Part shown: one piece after another, positions 57,494-64,000 of the stretch
Numbering within the stretch: the first letter of the stretch is position 1
How the letters are laid out: each line of letters starts with the position of its first letter
From: an uncultured delta proteobacterium
GTDB taxonomy: Bacteria > Desulfobacterota > BSN033 > UBA1163
Length of the DNA stretch: 64,000 nt
Assembly (NCBI GenBank): GCA_963708295.1
Contig: CAVPSJ010000012.1
Span: forward strand, 64,001-128,000
Reading direction: 5' to 3'
Position numbers and translations under genes: made by a program
The notes under the pieces: model-generated
What the model was told of the DNA's origin: nothing
Seen by the model: only the letters and a program-made list of their open reading frames with translations
The model's database searches: none

Positions 57494-58863
57494 AAGAGCT
57501 GCCTCTGTTTCACATTCATATACTGGGAGACCAGATCAACGCACAGCCGTTCACGATCAAGGAGCGCAAAGTGTACTCCATGACGGGCCAGGGTACTCTC
57601 GATCTCCCGGAGGTGATGCCAGAGAATATGTCCGCTCAATTCATGGTAGATCTCTTCCGGTGATCCGATGCTCGGGTTTGAAAAGACAGGCCGGGCGCCG
57701 TCAGGCCTGAGCATGTTGACCATCACCAGGTGATGACGACCCATCAGATCCACCGTGCGCATGAAAGGACTCTGACAGGACAGGATCATCCAAGCTTGTC
57801 AACACGATGATCAGAGCCCGGCGCCGTAATTTGAGCCGGATAAACGTGGAGAGCTCTTCATAATCCGGATTGACCATCCGGGGATGGAGGTTGAAGAGTA
57901 TGTTCGCGGCAGGCGCCATAGTGAGACTTGCCCCCGCGAGCCCGCAGGAATTCATGGACGGAATCACTGAAGGTGAGCAACCCGAAGAGATCGCCCTGTT
58001 TCTGTGCGGCCAGGCCCACCACCAGGGCGGCCGCAATAAATCGCTCCAGGCACGAGTCGCTGCCGTTGAGATCGCCAGGGGGCATCGCTCACGGAACCCT
58101 GCTTTACCGCTGCAGGAGCGGGCACTGAGTCGAGAGGCGTCGATCACGACATAGACCTCCTGGGTCCTTTCGATCTGGAAGACTTTGGTGATGGGATGAC
58201 GGCGCTTGGCGGTGGCCTTCCAGTGGATTTCATCGAAACCGTCGCCGGGGATATATTCGCGCAGTTTCTCGAACTCCCTTCCCTTGCCGTGCTGACGCCG
58301 AACATGAATGCCGTAGCCGCCCCGGTTGAGGAAGAGCGCGGCCAGGTTGTTTCTTTCCTCGCGCCAGGTTCGGATAAACCCTGATCTCGCACGCGACCTC
58401 CCTGACTCCCCGGAAGGACCAGAGGCCCAAGAAAGATTTCGTTTCGAGATAACACCTTTGGATAAGAAACTGACCGCGCCTCAATGGGGTACAGGGCCAC
58501 TGGACACACACGTGTTCAGCATCCTTTGGGAGGAAGGCGAGAAGGTCTTCCTGAGGGCTCGAAATTTCGCGAGGGAAGGGAAGCCCCAGGCGCAGCGCTC
58601 GTGCCCGCATGTCTGAATGGGTCACGCCGAGTTCAATTGCGCTTTCGCGGTCCCTGGTCATCCGGACGATCGTCGGCAGGTCCACACCGATGTTTCGTAA
58701 ACAGAAGGAGCCGGCCGCGGCGTCCAGGAGAGCGATCAAGATGAGGGTCACGCCTGCGGCAAAAGCAGGGATGGCCGCCCCGTCTGTCAAAACTGGCAGG
58801 AGCGGTCAGAAAGGGCACGGTCAGGCCGTAGAAAACGAGGAGGCGGTGCGTAGGAACAATCAT
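57490..58863 (-). CDS. DUF58 (VWA-like) protein (multiple frameshifts)
   Basis: P.RRG.F, VYPNL, G.G.EFE.LREY.PGD....IHWKATA, ER.QEV...IDASR, RR.LIIVLT. Confidence 0.85.
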
Positions 58864-59827
58864 CGCGGGACAGCGACCTCCTTGAGAATCTGTTGAATGA
58901 CCTCCGGCACCGTATACCCTTCGATCTCAAACTCGGGTCGGAGGATGATGCGGTGTTCTAGAACAGGACCTGCCATCGCTTTGATATCATCGGGAATCAC
59001 AAAATCCCTTCCGGCCATGGCCGCATGGGCGCGCCCGGAGAGGAGCAGGGCCTGGGTGGCACGCGGCCCGGCACCGACATGCACGCTCCCGTGAGTACGC
59101 GTCGTGCGGACGATGTCCACCAGATAATCCATCAGCTCGGAGCGAAGGGTGATCCTTTGCAGGCATTGACGTAAGGTGTCGAGTTCCTGGTCGCCTGATG
59201 ACCGGATTGACATGCCCGAGAGCCAGCACGGCTTCCGGAGAATCCTGGCCGAGCATACGCCGCGCCAAAGTCAATTCTTCCTCGCGGGCCGGGTAATCCA
59301 TCGTGATCTTCAACATGAACCGGTCTTTCTGCGCCTCGGGAAGGGGATAGGTCCCTTCGTATTCAACCGGGTTCTGGGTGGCAAAGACGGTGAAATTCTT
59401 TGGCAACGGGTAGGTCACCCGGTCAATGGTCACCATGCGTTCCTGCATGGCCTGCAGTAGGGCGGACTGGGTCTTGGCCGGCGCCCGGTTGATCTTCGTC
59501 GGCAAGGAGGAAGGTCGTAAAGACCGGTCCCTTGGCCAGGGTGAATTCTTCACTTTTAAGGTTGAACACATTCGTCCCGACGATATCGGCCGGCATAAGG
59601 TCCGGGGTGAACTGGATTCGGTTAAACTCGCAGCCCAGCACATGGGCCAGGGTCCGCACCAAGAGCGTTTTCGCGATACCGGGGACTCCCTCGACCAGCG
59701 CATGATGATTGGTAAAAATGACGATCAGTGCCTTATCCACCACGTCCTCCTGGCCGATGATGACCTTCGCGACTTCCTGTCTTGCCCGAAGGAGCACTTC
59801 ATGCAGTCGATCCAACATGCCATCCAT
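58860..59827 (-). CDS. moxR: MoxR-family AAA+ ATPase (frameshifts near 59495 and 59210)
   Basis: [60 protein letters not shown]. Confidence 0.92.
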
Positions 59828-59916
59828 AAAACCTCCTTTGTAACGGAAACATCGTGTCAGTGAATAGTATCAGTGTCAGAAAAAACCGCCTTAAAACTTA
59901 AACTGACACTGGGTAT

Positions 59917-61161
59917 TTATCGCCGCCCTCCCAGGCCACTGATCTCCCGATAGGCCTGCACGGCGTTGCGCTTCTTCTTCGGCTTAGTACGATCTTCGGC
60001 AATGATCTCTTGAATGCGAGGCAGCAGGGCTGAAAGGTTCTGTCTGCCGTGTGTAAAGGAGTGCTTCCATTCCTCCAGGCAGGCGGTAAGGATACGTTCA
60101 GGAGAAATATTGCGACGCAGCAGATTCGTAAACCCGGTGACCGCATCCTTTTCCGGATCGACAGAGGCCCTTTCCTCTTCTACATCGGCGGGAACGAGCC
60201 TGGCGGCTTGTTTCCAGACCGTGAGCAGGGCCAGCCCAATGAGCGAAATGAAGAAAGGAGCCAGCCCATATTTTCGAAGGAGCGTGGCGATTCCAGGGCT
60301 CTTGGACACGCCGAGATGGGTTTCGTCAAAAACGATCTTTCGACGAGTGCCGCATAACCAGGAGAGAAGCTTCGGATATCGTCTATTCTTCATCGCCTCG
60401 TTGCTGAGGAAAAAGGAGTCGGAAGACAAAACAATGCTGCCCTTGCCGTAGGATCGTTCGATGAGCACCGGCTTGCCCGCTCTGGCATAAAGAGTCCGCC
60501 AGGCATCATCCTGGGGTTCAAAAAACAGGGTGCTGTGCCAGGCAAGCGAGGCGGGCAGGTCTTTCTCCGGCCTGCTCAAGTTTGCCTCTGCGTTCTTTTC
60601 CTTTGAAAACTCGGTCAACACGGACCAGCGCCTGGAAAGATCGACATATCCTTTGCGGTTGAGTCCCTGCTCTTCTTCCTGGTCTTTTTCTTCGTCTTTT
60701 TCTTCGCCTTTTTCTTCGCCTTTCTGTTTATCCGGATTCTCTTCTAACTTGGAATCTTTCTTCCCCTTATTCTCTGAACCTATGGCGGGCTGGGCTTGGG
60801 TAGGAAAAAAGGAGATGACAACGCGTCCTCCACCCAGGGCAGCCTCCTCGATCGCCTTCGCCGATGCCTGTCGCATTGCGAAGAAGCGGGATGTTCGAAA
60901 GCCAAAGAGAAAGAGGGTCGCCTCGGATAATCCGGATGCCTTCTGCAGAGGTTCAACATTGCGCGTCGTTTCGACTCCCGGCAGGAGACAGAGGGCTTCA
61001 TAAAAGGCTTGGGTCCCCAGTGGATCCGGACGATACGAGGAATAACGCGGATAGGCGTCGCCCTTCTCGAAGCGCAGCGTCAGAAGATGGATCATCCCAT
61101 AGATGAAGAGGACGGTGACGATCAACAGGAAAAAAGCCCGTAAGAGCTTACCCTTGTGCAT
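59917..61161 (-). CDS. DUF4350-like membrane-anchored protein
   Basis: YSSYR.DPLGT.A, G.G.IVL.SD...LSNE, FDE.H.G; acidic KGEE repeat. Confidence 0.75.
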   Translation of the reverse strand: MHKGKLLRAFFLLIVTVLFIYGMIHLLTLRFEKGDAYPRYSSYRPDPLGTQAFYEALCLLPGVETTRNVEPLQKASGLSEATLFLFGFRTSRFFAMRQASAKAIEEAALGGGRVVISFFPTQAQPAIGSENKGKKDSKLEENPDKQKGEEKGEEKDEEKDQEEEQGLNRKGYVDLSRRWSVLTEFSKEKNAEANLSRPEKDLPASLAWHSTLFFEPQDDAWRTLYARAGKPVLIERSYGKGSIVLSSDSFFLSNEAMKNRRYPKLLSWLCGTRRKIVFDETHLGVSKSPGIATLLRKYGLAPFFISLIGLALLTVWKQAARLVPADVEEERASVDPEKDAVTGFTNLLRRNISPERILTACLEEWKHSFTHGRQNLSALLPRIQEIIAEDRTKPKKKRNAVQAYREISGLGGRR

Positions 61162-62943
61162 GGCTCTTGATCCTCTCCTGATTTCGTCAGAAAGCGGTCC
61201 ATGATTCCCGGAGTGACTTCGTGCAAGCCGTACCAGGCACCTTCAAAGACGGCTCTGTTTTCTGCAAAGACTCCCGCCAGCTGCGGTTGGGTATGAGAAC
61301 GGCGCCGAAGCTCCAGCTCATACTCCCGATCGGACTTGTATTTAGCGATCGTGATCAACTCCTGGCGCGCCAGGCAGGCCAGGGTTGCCAGATAGAGGGC
61401 GCGCAGCGCCAGCCTGAGTTCTCCCTTTTCCATCAACTCCTCCGGCCAGATGGAGCCAGTCCTCTTCGGGAAGTGCCGTAGCATCCACGTCTTCCCGGGT
61501 GATGTCAGGAACGATTTTGACAGAAACGTCTGCCGTGACCCTTTCGGGCCTTCTATGTCTCCATGCCCGCCACGCAAGAAAGGCCAGCACGGCTGCGATG
61601 CATGCCAATGGGATGATGATGAATGCCCGCGAAAAGGAGGTCCAACGGGAGTCCGGCTTCTCCAGCTGGGGCAAGGACGGAATGATGACGGGAGAGAATG
61701 TCCCTGATAAAGTCCCAGAGCCTTCACCCACCCCTTTTTGACATAGCTCCACCCCGTCCTCAAGGGTGCTCATGATTGAATCGAGAAAATCGTCGACTGC
61801 AGTGTGGCTGCGTACAACGTGCGGAGGTTTTTCGCGCGGCATGCGCCAGCTGTATTCAGGGTTGTGCATGACGCTCTCAATGGCGGAATCGAGCTGTTGG
61901 GCCGAGACAGAGGCGCCAGCATCGCTCATCGCGGTTGGTCCCGGTTGTGCGAAAGCCTTGCCGCAGGAGCCGAAAACAAGAAAAACAGCAATGACGACGG
62001 CGGCCATAGACTCCGGCCGGGCACATGAGCGAAGCTCTACCTTGAGGTCTTCACCGGTCCGCAGAGATTCCCCGTAAAAACAGCGCAGACAGTAGGAGGC
62101 CTTCATGAGCGGGTCGAGGCAGAGATAGCTTAAACTGCAGACAACAGCATAAAAAGTGCATGTTCATGTGGACTCCGCTGATGGAGAAGACGGTTTCGAC
62201 GTCAAAGAGGGTCTTCAGGAGCCAGGGAAGCAAGAGCAAGGCGATGCCGATATTCAAGGCGGTGATCATCCCCAGGGGACAGAGGGGAACGACCACCAGC
62301 GCCGCAAGGATCATGAGGAGGGGGACGGATGCCTCGGGATTGAGCGAAGACGATACGGGAACGATGACAAAGATAAAGAATGCGGCAAGCACGAGGAGAA
62401 AAGGGCTCGTCAGCCAGAGGATCAAGGTATTCTGCATGGGCCAGAGCGAGGCCTGACGCCAGGATTTCCGCACGACGGCCCTCAGGTTGCCCTCGTCCCC
62501 GCTCCCCATCAGACTGACATTCTGAAAAAAGGCGAATGCCTGAGGGAAAGGAAGCATGATGATGAAGGCGACGGGCAGAATAAGAATACTCCACGGTTGG
62601 AGTGGCGGTTTGAATAGCGGCAGCGCGCAGCCATGCGGCGTAAACCCCATCCGGGGGACGATTCCCCCCTGATCCTCTCGAAGAGACGGCGTGCATACAG
62701 GCTCTGCCAGGTTTTCATCCAGATGAACAAGAGAGTCAAGCCCCAGGAGGCTTCAGGACAGTGCCTCCAGGCATCGGCGCCGGTGCTCATGTCGGTCCAG
62801 AAGTAGAGGAGTCCCAAAATAAAGGGAAGGCTGCCGAAATAGTAAGGTGCGAGGAGGACCGGATTCGCACGCAGCAGGTGCGTGGCTTCTTCCAGGATGT
62901 CAACCGCCGACTTTCCGCCGCGATCTCTGCTCTTGTGCTTCAT
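61122..62943 (-). CDS. membrane protein with C-terminal DUF4129-like domain (multiple frameshifts)
   Basis: TM pieces plus G..R.ALRALYLA.L..L....LI......SD.EY..EL, F...WYG. Confidence 0.7.
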
Positions 62944-63257
62944 GGATCCGCCGATTCCTCCTGCCCGATCGCCACCTCATGGAAGGAGGATGGGATGGTG
63001 AGTAAAGCCTTGCCGAGCAGGTAGAAGGACGACCAGAGCAGCAGCACGCCCACGAGGACCTGGGCGAGCCGCGCGAGCCAAACCAGCCGGTATCGTCTGA
63101 CCGTCTTTGGGCTGAGACGTTTCAGACAAGAAGCGCAGATGACCCGATCGTCGTGCTCGCTGATGCATTCCCGGCAGAAGGTGCGTCCGCATTCCGGGCA
63201 GCGTGCGACGGCTTCACGAGAGGCATGATTGAAACATCGCTCCTGGGCGATACTCAT
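62940..63257 (-). CDS. B-box-type zinc-finger membrane protein
   Basis: CFNH..REAVARCPECGR.FC.EC..EH...ICA.C plus a TM helix. Confidence 0.8.
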   Translation of the reverse strand: MSIAQERCFNHASREAVARCPECGRTFCRECISEHDDRVICASCLKRLSPKTVRRYRLVWLARLAQVLVGVLLLWSSFYLLGKALLTIPSSFHEVAIGQEESADP

Positions 63258-64000
63258 TCCTTGACTTCACCCCCTGAGTTCTGACCGGGGCGAGAAGCGC
63301 TTGCCGAATCATCACGGTGCCTTTTCACCCTGACGAGGCCAAGTGCGCCCAGGACAAGGGAACAGGCGGCTGCGAAGGCATAGACACCCATGACCAGGGG
63401 CGAGTCTTGAGGCGACAGATCAAGCATGACCCGGTACATGTCCCATTGCGTAATCATCCTATCAGGTCTTGCTGGTCATCAACGTCGTCATCATGAGTAC
63501 GTAGCTCAGAAGAAAGGAAACACAGACAAAGCCCAGCGATGCCCAGGTCATCTTTCGAACGGTGCTTGGGATATCGCTTTCATGCTGTTTTACAAGGGCG
63601 ACAATGACAAGAATGGAGTATGTTAGCGTCAACACAGAGGAAACACCAGTCATGGTTGCGGTGTGATAGAGAAGAAGGATGCCGGTCAGAATGCCATCCA
63701 GTCAGAATGAGGCCAAAGGCCATCAAGTGTACGGTACCGTCGTCATGACGGATCTGGTGTCCTCTGGCATGGGGCTGTCGCAATGAGCGCGTACGGTACG
63801 GATGCGAAATTCCTTGATTTTGGTCGATGCTGACTTCTTCAGGGCCGAGTCTCCCCTGGGCCCTTTCGATAGCCGGCCGAAGCGTTTCAATCACTTTGCG
63901 TGCTACCCGCAGGCGATTGAGCGAGGGAAGTTGGTCCTCTTGCACGGCAGTCATGATATGACAGATGCAGGTTGGACCTCTCAAGGATATTGATCAGCAG
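63254..64000 (-). CDS. hypothetical membrane protein (3' part, frameshifted)
   Basis: Consecutive hydrophobic ORF pieces 63580..63984, 63462..63653 and 63254..63457; stop overlaps the next ATG. Confidence 0.55.

Noticed and set aside
60686-60725. 12-bp tandem repeat as a phase-variation or DGR signal
   Set aside because: In-frame low-complexity KGEE/KDEE linker; no reverse transcriptase or TR/VR pair in the window.
55624-64000. Programmed frameshifting or selenocysteine read-through as the cause of split genes
   Set aside because: Breaks are frame changes at scattered, non-slippery sites, several per gene, not in-frame TGA codons; assembly error is simpler.

Overview
This is a bacterial chromosome segment, most likely an anaerobic Desulfobacterota/deltaproteobacterium (inferred from gene content). 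From left to right it holds: (1) a TRAP transporter and a GntR-linked 2-oxoacid:ferredoxin oxidoreductase operon whose delta subunit carries a GltD/NfnB-like flavoprotein; (2) a xanthine-oxidase-family molybdoenzyme downstream of a NuoG(N-term)-NuoE fusion and a short NuoF; (3) SDR, larA-like and AEC transporter genes; (4) a ~6 kb decaying integron cassette array with no integrase in the window (20.6-26.5 kb). The array has 8 full or partial attC sites, VapBC, BrnTA and ORFan cassettes, and two of its attC sites are interrupted by HUH/Y1 (RAYT-like) transposase elements, one intact and bounded by 24-bp inverted repeats. Further right are housekeeping and accessory genes: TatD, CoA-disulfide reductase-rhodanese, an rpoD paralog plus RRM protein, a thiolase/DUF35 operon, three PilZ proteins, a hyaluronan-synthase-like GT2, amrB and argS. 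The window ends with a candidate ~250-nt structured RNA, a solitary attC and a MoxR/DUF58/RDD/SpoIIM operon. Intergenic DNA is full of nested palindromic mini-elements and heptamer-periodic hairpins. Frameshifts cluster at 1.6-6.4, 44-46.4 and 55.8-64 kb and are probably assembly errors. No rRNA, tRNA or CRISPR array was seen. All calls come from motif reading only; no database searches were run.
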